DNA from: an uncultured Halomonas sp.
GTDB lineage: Bacteria; Pseudomonadota; Gammaproteobacteria; Xanthomonadales; Wenzhouxiangellaceae
Length of the DNA: 64,000 nt
NCBI GenBank assembly: GCA_964548715.1
Contig: CAZJSH010000005.1
Coordinates: 6,329 to 70,328, forward strand
Reading direction: 5' to 3'
Shown: positions 46,174-54,193 of the stretch, piece after piece
Numbering within the stretch: the first letter of the stretch is position 1
Layout: each line of letters begins with the position of its first letter
Translations under genes and position numbers: made by a program
Notes under the pieces: model-generated
What the model was told of the DNA's origin: nothing
Databases searched by the model: none
The model's input: only the letters and a program-made list of their open reading frames with translations

Positions 46174-46668
46174 ATGGTCCGTCGACTGCTGATCATCGTT
46201 CCCGTGGCCGCCGCGCTGTTCCTGAGCGGCTGCGCCTCGACCCAGGGCCCGCGAGAGCAGTCCGGCATGGCCATCGGTGCGGCGATCGGCGGGCTGGTCG
46301 GGGCCGCGGCAAGTTATTCGCGGCACGACGACTACTATCACGGCGGCGACGGGTACAGCACCGCGGCGATCGTGCTCGGCGCGGTCGCGGGTGCAGCGAT
46401 CGGCGGCGCCATCGGGCGCGAGATGGACGCCCGGGACTACGCCTACGCCAGTTACGCGATGGAGAATTCGCGCACCGGCGAGCCGACGACCTGGCACAAC
46501 CCCGACACCGGCTACGACTACCGGATGACCCCGACCGAGACCTATTACTCCAACGCCGGGCCGTGCCGCGAATACGTCATGGAAGCCGAGATCGGCGGCC
46601 GTCCCGAGACCGTCTACGGCACCGCCTGCCGCCAGGCCGACGGCAGCTGGAAGATCGAGGATCGTTGA
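46174..46668 (+). CDS. outer-membrane lipoprotein, glycine-zipper / 17-kDa surface-antigen-like family
   Basis: GGAGA RBS. Lipobox LFLSGC. Gly-zipper GAAIGGLVGAA and GAVAGAAIGGAIG. C-terminal W.NPDTGY...GPCREY......G..ACRQADGSWKI block typical of the surface-antigen family. Confidence 0.75.
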   Translation: MVRRLLIIVPVAAALFLSGCASTQGPREQSGMAIGAAIGGLVGAAASYSRHDDYYHGGDGYSTAAIVLGAVAGAAIGGAIGREMDARDYAYASYAMENSRTGEPTTWHNPDTGYDYRMTPTETYYSNAGPCREYVMEAEIGGRPETVYGTACRQADGSWKIEDR

Positions 46669-46697
46669 GCCGGGCCTGACGGTTCAGGAACGCGTCG

Positions 46698-46918
46698 GAA
46701 AAGCGGTTCTCGCAGCGACGCAGAGGTGCAGAGAACGGCTTTTCCTGGTGCGATGCCGATCCGGATCGGTGCCTTGGGGAGCGCCGTTCGAGGTTGGACG
46801 CGAAGGCGCAAAGGGCGACGACCGCGAAGAAACGCGAAACGATCAAAAGAACGCTGTGCTTTCCTTCCATCTAGAGCGTTTCTCTGCGCCTCTGCGTCGC
46901 TGCGAGAACAGACTTTTC
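46698..46918 (+). repeat. MITE/REP-like element, copy 2 (same orientation as copy 1)
   Basis: Collinear with copy 1 over its full length (roughly four-fifths identity by eye). Ends are gaaaagcggttctcgcagcgacgcagaggtgcagagaa and ttctctgcgcctctgcgtcgctgcgagaacagacttttc. Starts 29 nt after the lipoprotein stop. Confidence 0.7.
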
Positions 46919-46994
46919 GCTATGGTCCCGTCGGCCTTGACGTCGAGTGAGCGATACCGCAGCCTCTGGGGCCAAGACCCTATCGAGACCGCCC

Positions 46995-47444
46995 ATGTCC
47001 GCCGACCGCGACCCCTTTCTGACTGCCGCCATCGAAGAAGCCCGGGCCGGTCGGGCCGAGGGCGGCATTCCGATCGGCTCGGTGATCGTCCACGACGGCG
47101 CGATTCTCGGCCGAGGGCACAACCGGCGGGTCCAGCAGAACAGCACGGTGCTGCACGGCGAGATGGATGCGCTGGAAAACGCCGGCCGGCAGCCGGCTTC
47201 GGTGTACCGGCAGTCCACGCTCTACACCACGCTGTCGCCGTGTCCGATGTGTACCGGCGCGATCCTGCTCTACGGCATTCCGCGCGTGGTGATCGGCGAG
47301 AACCGCACGTTCATGGGCGAAGAGGAGTTGCTTCGTTCGCGCGGTGTGACCGTCGAAGTCGTAGACGACGCCGAGTGCGTGGCGATGATGGAAGCCTTCA
47401 TCCGCGACTGCCCCGAGCTCTGGAACGAAGACATCGGGGTATAG
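46995..47444 (+). CDS. cytosine deaminase, yeast Fcy1-type (CMP/dCMP deaminase zinc-binding fold)
   Basis: LHGEMDALENAGR and TLSPCPMCTGAILLYGIPRVVIGEN, with C-terminal VVDD.EC..MM..FI...PELWNEDIG. This is collinear with my recollection of S. cerevisiae Fcy1. ATG 46995 is preferred over the track start 46947, which begins right at the repeat element. Confidence 0.8.
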   Translation: MSADRDPFLTAAIEEARAGRAEGGIPIGSVIVHDGAILGRGHNRRVQQNSTVLHGEMDALENAGRQPASVYRQSTLYTTLSPCPMCTGAILLYGIPRVVIGENRTFMGEEELLRSRGVTVEVVDDAECVAMMEAFIRDCPELWNEDIGV

Positions 47445-47448
47445 GAAC

Positions 47449-47536
47449 AGGGACGAGGGGAAAAGGGAGAGGGACGAGTGGATAGCGCTGGGATCGACCG
47501 CCGAGGCTCAGACATCCGGACCAGCCCCTCGTCCCT
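47449..47536. terminator. long imperfect purine/pyrimidine-asymmetric hairpin between convergent genes
   Basis: agggacgagggg (47449-47460) is perfectly complementary to cccctcgtccct (47525-47536). Flanking G/A-rich and C/T-rich runs extend the pairing imperfectly. It lies in the 127-nt gap between the stops at 47444 and 47572. Confidence 0.3.
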
Positions 47537-47571
47537 AGTCCCTGACCCCTGATCCCTGGCCCCTCGACGAG

Positions 47572-48054
47572 CTACCAGCCCCGCGTGCCCGGGCCGCCCT
47601 TGAACGGCCCCTTGACCCAGCTCAGGATCCAGCCGCCGTAGAAGTCGCCTTCCTGCGGCGTGACCTGCTCGCCGGCGACGAAACAGGCTTCGACCTTTCG
47701 CGCATAGAAGGACACGTGGTCGCGGATGCGCTCGTCGCTGGGATCGGGATAGGCCCAGCAGGCGTCCCTGACGAGACCGTCGGCGGTTTCCAGGTCCCAG
47801 TAGCGCGCCTGGCCCTTCCACTCACAAAAGGTCCGGGTGCGGCTGGGGACCAGCTTCGAGAAGTCGACGTCGTCGGGCGGGATGTAGAAGCACGGCGGGT
47901 GCGAGGTTTCCAGCACGCGCAGCGCGGCGGTGGTCTCGGCGAGAATCCGGCCGTCCTGCTCGACCCGAATCGGCCAGTCGATGACCTCGATGCGCGGCGG
48001 ACGCGGATAGTCCCAGACCGATTCGGACTCGGGAAGCGAGCAATTCGAACTCAT
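47572..48054 (-). CDS. DUF427 domain protein
   Basis: ESVWDYPRPP, RVLETSHPPCFYIP and FCEWKGQARYWD match the DUF427 signature as I recall it. Confidence 0.75.
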   Translation of the reverse strand: MSSNCSLPESESVWDYPRPPRIEVIDWPIRVEQDGRILAETTAALRVLETSHPPCFYIPPDDVDFSKLVPSRTRTFCEWKGQARYWDLETADGLVRDACWAYPDPSDERIRDHVSFYARKVEACFVAGEQVTPQEGDFYGGWILSWVKGPFKGGPGTRGW

Positions 48055-48206
48055 CTGCGTAGCGTAGATTCAGCCCGTCAAATGGTTGTCATCGATCGTC
48101 CGGGGCGTCCCGGGCGTTCGGGACGTCCGGCACATGGCCGCGATGCTGCCCTCGTGCATACTTCGGGATCGGAATTCGTCCATGACCCCGTTGAAAGGAA
48201 CCCGCG

Positions 48207-50309
48207 ATGCGCCTGATCCCGCTGCTGTCCACTACCCTCCTGACCGCCTTCGCGACGATGGCCTTCGCCCAGGACGCGCCCTCCGACATCGACCGGCCGG
48301 TGCTGCAGACCGTGGACGGCGCGTTGCCGGCGCCTGCGGAGGGGGCGTCCGGGGAGTTCGAGTGGCTGCGCCGGCCGGACTTCGAGTCCGTGATCTGTCC
48401 GTTCCGCGACGCGATCGACTACGACCCCGGCGATCTCGAGTGCGGCCTGATCCGGGTGCCGGAGAATCGCGAAGTCGACGGCAGCCGGACCATCGAACTG
48501 CTGTTCGTGAAGGTCAACGCCACCGGCGAGGACAGCGACGGCGAACCCGTCGAGGTGCGCGACGATCCCGTGCTCTACCTGACCGGCGGTCCTGGCGTGA
48601 CCGTGCAGGGGTATGCCGAACGGCTGAAGGACCATTCGATTACGCACAAGCGGGACCTCTACATCCTCGAGCAACGCGGCATCGGCAACTCCGGCGATTT
48701 CTGTCCGTTCTGGGGCGGCCGCGACCGCGCCTCGCGGATTCACCCGGACTACGACGAACGCCAACGCGCAGCGCTGGAGGACGGCCGCGCGTGCATCGAG
48801 CGGGCCCGCGCCGCGGGCGTCGATCCGACCGGGTATCACACCTTCGAGAACGCCCGCGACGTCAAGGCCCTGCGGATGGCGTTGGGCCTGGACACGTGGA
48901 ACGTCTGGGGCATTTCCTACGGCTCGGTGCTTGGCCAGGCCGTGCTCGAAGTCGATCCGGACGGCACCGAGGCGATGATCATCGACGCCATGGTGCCGCT
49001 GGACCTGAATGCGCTGATGCGCCTGCCGCACTGGTACGCGCGGCTGCTGGACCGATTCTTCAGCGCTTGCGCCGAGCAGGACGACTGCGCCGACGCCTAC
49101 CCCGAACTCGAAGCGCGTTACCGCGACGCGATCCAGGCCATGCTCGACGAACCGGTCGAGGTCGAAGTGCCGGCCGGCGAGGTCTATCCCGATGGACAGG
49201 CCTTCATCTTCGCCGACGTGATCGCCGGAATTCCGTTCGGGCTGTCCTACGAACAGAGCACGCACGCGGCGGTTCCCGCCATCATCGACGGCCTGGCCCG
49301 CCAGGTCGAACGGAACAACACCGAGTTCTTCCGGGCGATCGCGCTGGCCGACGGCGGCATGGGCGTCTCGGTCAGCATGGGCATGGCCGCCAGCGTGCGC
49401 TGCCTCGACGGCTACTTCGAAATGAACGCCATGGAGGCCCCGCGCGATCTCGAGGAGCATCCGCTCTACGCCCGCGCCTTCGGCACGGGACCGGTCACCG
49501 ACGAGTCCGCCGCGCTGTGCCGCGAGCTGGGCCTGGACCCGCGCGATCCGGCGCAGTACGAGATTCGCGATACCGAGGTCCCGCTGGTCATCGCCAACGG
49601 CGCCTGGGACCCGATCACCCCGCCGCCGCTGGCCCGTTACGTGGCCGAAAAGATCCCGTCGGCGCGTTACGTCGAATTCCCGCACGCCGGCCACGGACCG
49701 ACCCGGTCGATCGACTGCGCCGGCGACTTCATGAACGACTTCTTCGACGACCCCGGCGCCGAGCTGGACATGGACTGCGTCGACAACGGCGAAGAGGCTG
49801 CCGACTACATCACCTCTGTGCTCGAGACCGACGCGCTGCAGCGCGCGCTGATCCTGGCCGAAACCGGTGAGGAAAAGACCCTGGGCGTCCACCTGGCCTG
49901 GGTGGGCGCGTCGCTGGCCATCACGCTGGGCGGCCTGGTGCTGATCCCGGGGGCGGCGGTCACGCGCCGCTTGAACGGCGAGCCGACCCGGCGCTCCGGC
50001 AAGGCACGACTGATCGCCGGCCTGGCCGCGCTGGCCGCGGTGCTCTACGCCGCCGGCCTGGGGATCGGCGGGGCAATGGCCGCCAACGTCACACCGGCGC
50101 TGCTGCTGTTCGGGCTGGTCGGCCCGGCGCCGTGGATGGCATGGTTCGGTCCGCTGGCGGCCCTGCTCGGCCTGTGGGCCCTGGTCCGGACCCTCGGCCA
50201 GCGCAGCCGCATCGGCAAGGCCACGGTGACCGGCCTGATGCTGGTCGCCCTGGCAGCGATCAGCGTGGCCGTGTTCGGTCTGGTCTGGGATCTCTGGCCG
50301 TTGATCTGA
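48207..50309 (+). CDS. secreted alpha/beta hydrolase (S33/TAP-like peptidase family) with C-terminal polytopic membrane region
   Basis: AAGGA RBS and a signal peptide. LTGGPG oxyanion region, nucleophile elbow GISYGS, TAP-like C-terminal block NGAWDPITP....FPHAGHG. The last ~170 aa contain 4 hydrophobic helices. Confidence 0.8.
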   Translation: MRLIPLLSTTLLTAFATMAFAQDAPSDIDRPVLQTVDGALPAPAEGASGEFEWLRRPDFESVICPFRDAIDYDPGDLECGLIRVPENREVDGSRTIELLFVKVNATGEDSDGEPVEVRDDPVLYLTGGPGVTVQGYAERLKDHSITHKRDLYILEQRGIGNSGDFCPFWGGRDRASRIHPDYDERQRAALEDGRACIERARAAGVDPTGYHTFENARDVKALRMALGLDTWNVWGISYGSVLGQAVLEVDPDGTEAMIIDAMVPLDLNALMRLPHWYARLLDRFFSACAEQDDCADAYPELEARYRDAIQAMLDEPVEVEVPAGEVYPDGQAFIFADVIAGIPFGLSYEQSTHAAVPAIIDGLARQVERNNTEFFRAIALADGGMGVSVSMGMAASVRCLDGYFEMNAMEAPRDLEEHPLYARAFGTGPVTDESAALCRELGLDPRDPAQYEIRDTEVPLVIANGAWDPITPPPLARYVAEKIPSARYVEFPHAGHGPTRSIDCAGDFMNDFFDDPGAELDMDCVDNGEEAADYITSVLETDALQRALILAETGEEKTLGVHLAWVGASLAITLGGLVLIPGAAVTRRLNGEPTRRSGKARLIAGLAALAAVLYAAGLGIGGAMAANVTPALLLFGLVGPAPWMAWFGPLAALLGLWALVRTLGQRSRIGKATVTGLMLVALAAISVAVFGLVWDLWPLI

Positions 50310-50315
50310 ACGGCT

Positions 50316-50343
50316 GCAGCGGCGAGGCTCAGCCCGCCGCTGC
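50316..50343. terminator. GC hairpin spanning convergent gene ends
   Basis: gcagcggcg (50316-50324) pairs perfectly with cgccgctgc (50335-50343) across a 10-nt loop. It sits between the hydrolase stop (50309) and the 3' end of the ankyrin gene (stop 50329-50331). Confidence 0.35.
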
Positions 50344-51597
50344 GTTCAGTCGTTCGACGACCTGCCCATGGCCGCGCTGCGCGGCCCAATCGACCGGCCG
50401 CTGACCTTCGGCGTCGGCCCGACCGGGATCGGCACCATGGTCGAGCAACGCGTCGACCGTGTCCAAGTGGCCGCCGGCCGCGGCGTGGAGCAACGGCGTC
50501 CGGCCACTCCGGTCGGCCGGATCGACGCCCGCCCCGGCGTCCAGCAGGCGCCGCACCGCGTCGGCATGCCCGTTGCCGGCCGCCCAGTGCAGGGCCGTTC
50601 GTCCTGCCCGATCCACCGCATCGGGCGCGGCACCGGCGGCCAGCAGCTGATCAACGGCCGCCCGATGATCGCTCCAGGCCGCCCCCATCAGGGCGGTGAA
50701 ACCACGATGGTCCGCCGTGTCCAGCGAGGCGCCCGCCGCGATCAGCGCATCCAGCGCCGCGGTTCGACCGTTGCCGGCGGCCATCATCAATGCCGTCAGT
50801 CCCCGACGATCGGATGCATCGGGATCGGCTCCCCGGACCAGCAGATCTTCGATCAACAGCGGCTCGTTGCGGACGGCCGCATACATCAGCACCGACCAAC
50901 CCGCCTTGTTGCGCAAGCCCGGATCGGCGCCTTCCTCCATCAAGCGACGCGCGATCCCGAGCTGATGCTTATCGATCGCGGTCATCAACGGCGTGACACC
51001 GGCCGCATTACGAAGATCGACCTTCCCACCGGCGGCCAGCAGCAACTCGACCGCAGCCCGACTGCCCTTGTGAATCCACAACTGCAGCGCGCCCATACCG
51101 CTGTTGTCGAGCCGCGCGTCGGGATCGGCGCCCGCGGCCAGCAGCCGCTCGAACGCGCCGAATTGCGCGCTGCCCGCCGCCAGCAACAGCGCCGTTGCGC
51201 CGTCCGGGCCGGGCTGATCGATCGGCGCGCCAGCCGCCAGCAGGATATCGATGACCGCGGTCTGTCCGAGCATGGCAGCCCGGCCCAGCGCATGATTGCC
51301 TCGCCCATCCCGTGCGTCCGGCGACGCACCGGCGGTCAGCAGACGCTCGACGGCGGCCGCCCGGCCACCGGCCGCAGCCAGCATCAGTGCGGTGCGGCCT
51401 TCCGCATCGGGTGCATCGACGGCTGCCGGCTGGTCCAGCCGGGCTTCGATCGCGGCCAGATCACCGGTCCGCGCGGCTTCATGAAGGGTCGGCGGCGCCT
51501 CCGCAAGCCGCGCGCGATCGTTCGGCGGCGTGACGGCGCAGCCGCCCAGCATCGAGACGAAAAGAACGACAGGAAGGAAAGCAGCGGACTTCGGCAT
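50329..51597 (-). CDS. ankyrin-repeat lipoprotein (about a dozen ANK repeats)
   Basis: ATG 51597. Lipobox SMLGGC. Repeated G.TALM.AA..G....V..LL.AGA.PD units run throughout the protein. Confidence 0.85.
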   Translation of the reverse strand: MPKSAAFLPVVLFVSMLGGCAVTPPNDRARLAEAPPTLHEAARTGDLAAIEARLDQPAAVDAPDAEGRTALMLAAAGGRAAAVERLLTAGASPDARDGRGNHALGRAAMLGQTAVIDILLAAGAPIDQPGPDGATALLLAAGSAQFGAFERLLAAGADPDARLDNSGMGALQLWIHKGSRAAVELLLAAGGKVDLRNAAGVTPLMTAIDKHQLGIARRLMEEGADPGLRNKAGWSVLMYAAVRNEPLLIEDLLVRGADPDASDRRGLTALMMAAGNGRTAALDALIAAGASLDTADHRGFTALMGAAWSDHRAAVDQLLAAGAAPDAVDRAGRTALHWAAGNGHADAVRRLLDAGAGVDPADRSGRTPLLHAAAGGHLDTVDALLDHGADPGRADAEGQRPVDWAAQRGHGQVVERLNAAAG

Positions 51598-51645
51598 GCA
51601 GGCGACCTCCGGGCGGCGCACTCTTGGGCGATGATTCAATAAGGT

Positions 51646-51671
51646 GCGGCCCCGGGAGGGCCCGGGGCCGC
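51646..51671 (-). terminator. strong GC hairpin downstream of the tandem-paralog operon
   Basis: gcggccccggg-aggg-cccggggccgc gives a perfect 11-bp stem with a 4-nt loop, 42 nt past the stop at 51713. On the minus strand it is followed by caccttattgaat. Confidence 0.5.
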
Positions 51672-51712
51672 AAGACAAGGGCCGGCATAGTGCCGACCCC
51701 CGAGGGCTCGGT

Positions 51713-54193
51713 TCAGGGCGACTCGAAGCTGTCGGCGAAGATCACATCGGCGAGCTCGCTGGTCACGAGGTAATCCTCCACCTCGCCGTCGTTGGCCGGC
51801 CCGGTCACCCCCAGACCGCCGGTGCTGCTGATGCGGAACCGCGCGTAGGTCTCGACGAAGCCCGCATCGACGGGCACCGCGAAGCTCAGGGCGTTGATGC
51901 CCGTGACCACCGGCTGGCTTGCAAAGATCTGTTCGCCCGGATCGTCCCAGTCGCCGTCGGCGTTGAAGTCGATCCAGGCGTCGACGAACCCGGGGCCGCT
52001 GGACGCAATCGAGACCGGCGCACTGGTTCCGGCCGCGATACCGCCGGTGAACGTCACGCCGTCTTCGTCGTCCAGCAGCCCACCGGCGTCATCGCCCAGC
52101 GCATCGGCGCTGGGCTGACCGTCCAGCTCCGGGTCGGCATCCATGCCCAGCGACAGATCGTTGAACCCGTCGACATCGAGATCGACGAGCAGATGACGGG
52201 CGCCATCGTCGGCGAGCAGGGTCGGATACGGCATCGGCGCGTCGCCGAAGTCGGTCGGATTGTCGACCCGGTAGGCCACCCGGATGAAGGTGGTCCGCAG
52301 CACTTCGGCCTTGCGCTCGCCCTTGAGATAGAACGCGATATCGAAGTCCTCGGTCAGCGGTAGCCCGTTGACCGAGATGCCGCTGCCCGGCGCGGTCTGG
52401 TTGGCGTTGCGCTCCGGATCGACCCAGTTCAGCGTGTTGGCCAGCGGCGAGACCGCGAGCAGGTTGCCGTACGGGTCGAAGACCGGATCACCGTTCTCGT
52501 CACGGGCCGGGTTGATCGGCACGCCCTGTCCGTCGATCAGGAGGTTGTCGCTTTCCCAGTCGAGCAGGTCGATGGTGGTCACGGTCGGCTCGCCGACGTC
52601 GTACTTGATGTTGTTGGACTGGAACGGCGTCGGACTGCACTCGATCAGCGGAATCTCCAGGCCCGGGATGTCCTGGCCGAACTTGTTCGATTTCAGCCGC
52701 CAGCGCGGGCCCGACATGACCGAGCGCAGCACACCGCCCTCATCGTCGACGATGTCGCGCTCGTAATCTTCGAACGGATCGCGGTTGATCGTCGTGTACC
52801 AGGCGTTGGTAAAGCCTTCGACCAGGTCGGCCGAGTACTGGGTCGGGTCTCGTTCGATCGGCTTGCCGCCGATGCCGCTGTCGTTGCTGTCGAGCGCGGT
52901 CGGGTCGGCCCACGGTGCGCCGGTGAACTCGTCGAGGTAGTTCTTGAAGTAGGTGCCGATCGGCAACGGATCCGGAATGATGTCCGTATCGCCGACGATC
53001 GAGTCGCCGTCACCCTCGAAACAATCCCGCGCCGCGACCCATTCCTCCTCGTTGATCTCGGTCAGCGGATCGTCGGGGCCGACCACGATGTATTCCGGCA
53101 GACGCCCGGTGGCGCCCTCGTTCTCGTAGTCTTCCGGCCGGATCTGGTCGTTCGGGTTGTTGCTGATGTTGTGGTCGGTGACCAATTCAGCCGACACCAC
53201 CTCGTAGCCGACGCCCTGTTTCCAGTCCTGCGGCAGCGGGATGCGGGCGTAGAGCCGAACATCGGTCGGGCGCTTGACGATGCTTCCCCAGCGATACAGC
53301 GGCTTGCCGTCGTCCTTCTTGGTGATCGAATAATCGCTCGACAGCGCGATGTCGTCGAGCACCGAAGACTCGTTCGGGGTCATGCCCGGCGAACCGTCGG
53401 GCGCCGGCTGCAGCGGGACGCAGCCGACCGTGGGGTCAAGGCCCGCACAATCGTTCTGCACCACGCCGTCGACCACTTCGAAAAGCTCGTTGTCCAGGGG
53501 CGCACAGGGCGGCACCACGGTATCGGTATCCGGGGTTCCCGGATCGAAGTCGTCGTCGACCGGAACGTCGAGCACAACCGGCACGGTTTCACCGGTTTCC
53601 GGATCGAAGTACCGGTACGGAGTGGTTTCATAGCAGCTCAGCACGTGCTCCATGACCACGTAATGCTCGGTGGAACACTTGACGTCGTTGGCGCCCACGC
53701 CGCGGCACCAGGTGCCCATGCCCGAGCGCGTCTTGAACCGCTTGGTCTGCGCGTTCGACACCGCCAGGCCGACCACGGAGCCGGCATCGGTGACGTTGGC
53801 GACGAAGCCTTCGGAGAACTCCGGATCGACGACGTCGTCGAGATCGGCGGCGCCGACGAAGTCGGAGACCTTGAAGCCGAATTCGCTGTTGACCGGATAG
53901 AGCGTGAGCCCGGTCCGCTGATCGACGACCGGTTGCGGTCCCTCGGGCGGGCACGGAACGCCGTCCGGCAGACCGCAGACGAAGCTGGGATCGTCGGCGT
54001 AGGTCACTGCGTCGAAGCCGCGAATCACGTCGTCGATCGAGAAAACGTGGACCGGCGATTCATACCAGACGAGGTCGATGGCCTGCGCGGCGGGCGCGGC
54101 CAGCACGGCGCCGATGGCGGCGGCCAGGGCGGTCGCGCGGAAGCCCGGCGAGCGATCGGTTTGCTGCTGCTTGATGATATCGAACGATTTCAT
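51713..54193 (-). CDS. secreted Cys-rich protein of unassigned family (paralog A) with C-terminal GEVED-type domain
   Basis: 826 aa with signal peptide ...AAPAAQA. Its core is collinear with the upstream gene (SGPRWRLKSNKFGQDIPGLEIPLIECS, NNPNDQIRPEDYENEGATGR, RDCFEGDGD). The C-terminal DFGDAPMPYPT...NDGEVEDY matches the GEVED domain signature as I recall it. The protein ends IFADSFESP. The ATG overlaps the upstream stop (ATGA). Confidence 0.8.
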   Translation of the reverse strand: MKSFDIIKQQQTDRSPGFRATALAAAIGAVLAAPAAQAIDLVWYESPVHVFSIDDVIRGFDAVTYADDPSFVCGLPDGVPCPPEGPQPVVDQRTGLTLYPVNSEFGFKVSDFVGAADLDDVVDPEFSEGFVANVTDAGSVVGLAVSNAQTKRFKTRSGMGTWCRGVGANDVKCSTEHYVVMEHVLSCYETTPYRYFDPETGETVPVVLDVPVDDDFDPGTPDTDTVVPPCAPLDNELFEVVDGVVQNDCAGLDPTVGCVPLQPAPDGSPGMTPNESSVLDDIALSSDYSITKKDDGKPLYRWGSIVKRPTDVRLYARIPLPQDWKQGVGYEVVSAELVTDHNISNNPNDQIRPEDYENEGATGRLPEYIVVGPDDPLTEINEEEWVAARDCFEGDGDSIVGDTDIIPDPLPIGTYFKNYLDEFTGAPWADPTALDSNDSGIGGKPIERDPTQYSADLVEGFTNAWYTTINRDPFEDYERDIVDDEGGVLRSVMSGPRWRLKSNKFGQDIPGLEIPLIECSPTPFQSNNIKYDVGEPTVTTIDLLDWESDNLLIDGQGVPINPARDENGDPVFDPYGNLLAVSPLANTLNWVDPERNANQTAPGSGISVNGLPLTEDFDIAFYLKGERKAEVLRTTFIRVAYRVDNPTDFGDAPMPYPTLLADDGARHLLVDLDVDGFNDLSLGMDADPELDGQPSADALGDDAGGLLDDEDGVTFTGGIAAGTSAPVSIASSGPGFVDAWIDFNADGDWDDPGEQIFASQPVVTGINALSFAVPVDAGFVETYARFRISSTGGLGVTGPANDGEVEDYLVTSELADVIFADSFESP

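Noticed and set aside
45822-46918. Whether the repeated sequence could be a CRISPR array.
   Set aside because: There are only two copies, each ~221 bp long with terminal inverted repeats, separated by a 655-bp protein-coding spacer. There are no short regularly spaced direct repeats and no cas genes.
45685-46950. Small ORFs with recurring peptides such as FSAPLRLCE / LSFHLE.FSAPL / MEGK..VL (45685-46107, 45917-46192, 46577-46870, 46726-46950). I considered them as a small repeated gene family or RiPP-like precursors.
   Set aside because: They are translations of the two copies of the TIR element in different frames and strands. Their similarity follows the nucleotide repeat. They have no RBS, and the frames are not preserved between copies.
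46947-46994. Upstream in-frame start (46947) for the cytosine deaminase, adding 16 residues.
   Set aside because: The extension begins 29 nt after the repeat element and has no counterpart in the Fcy1-type alignment. ATG 46995 gives the expected N-terminus.
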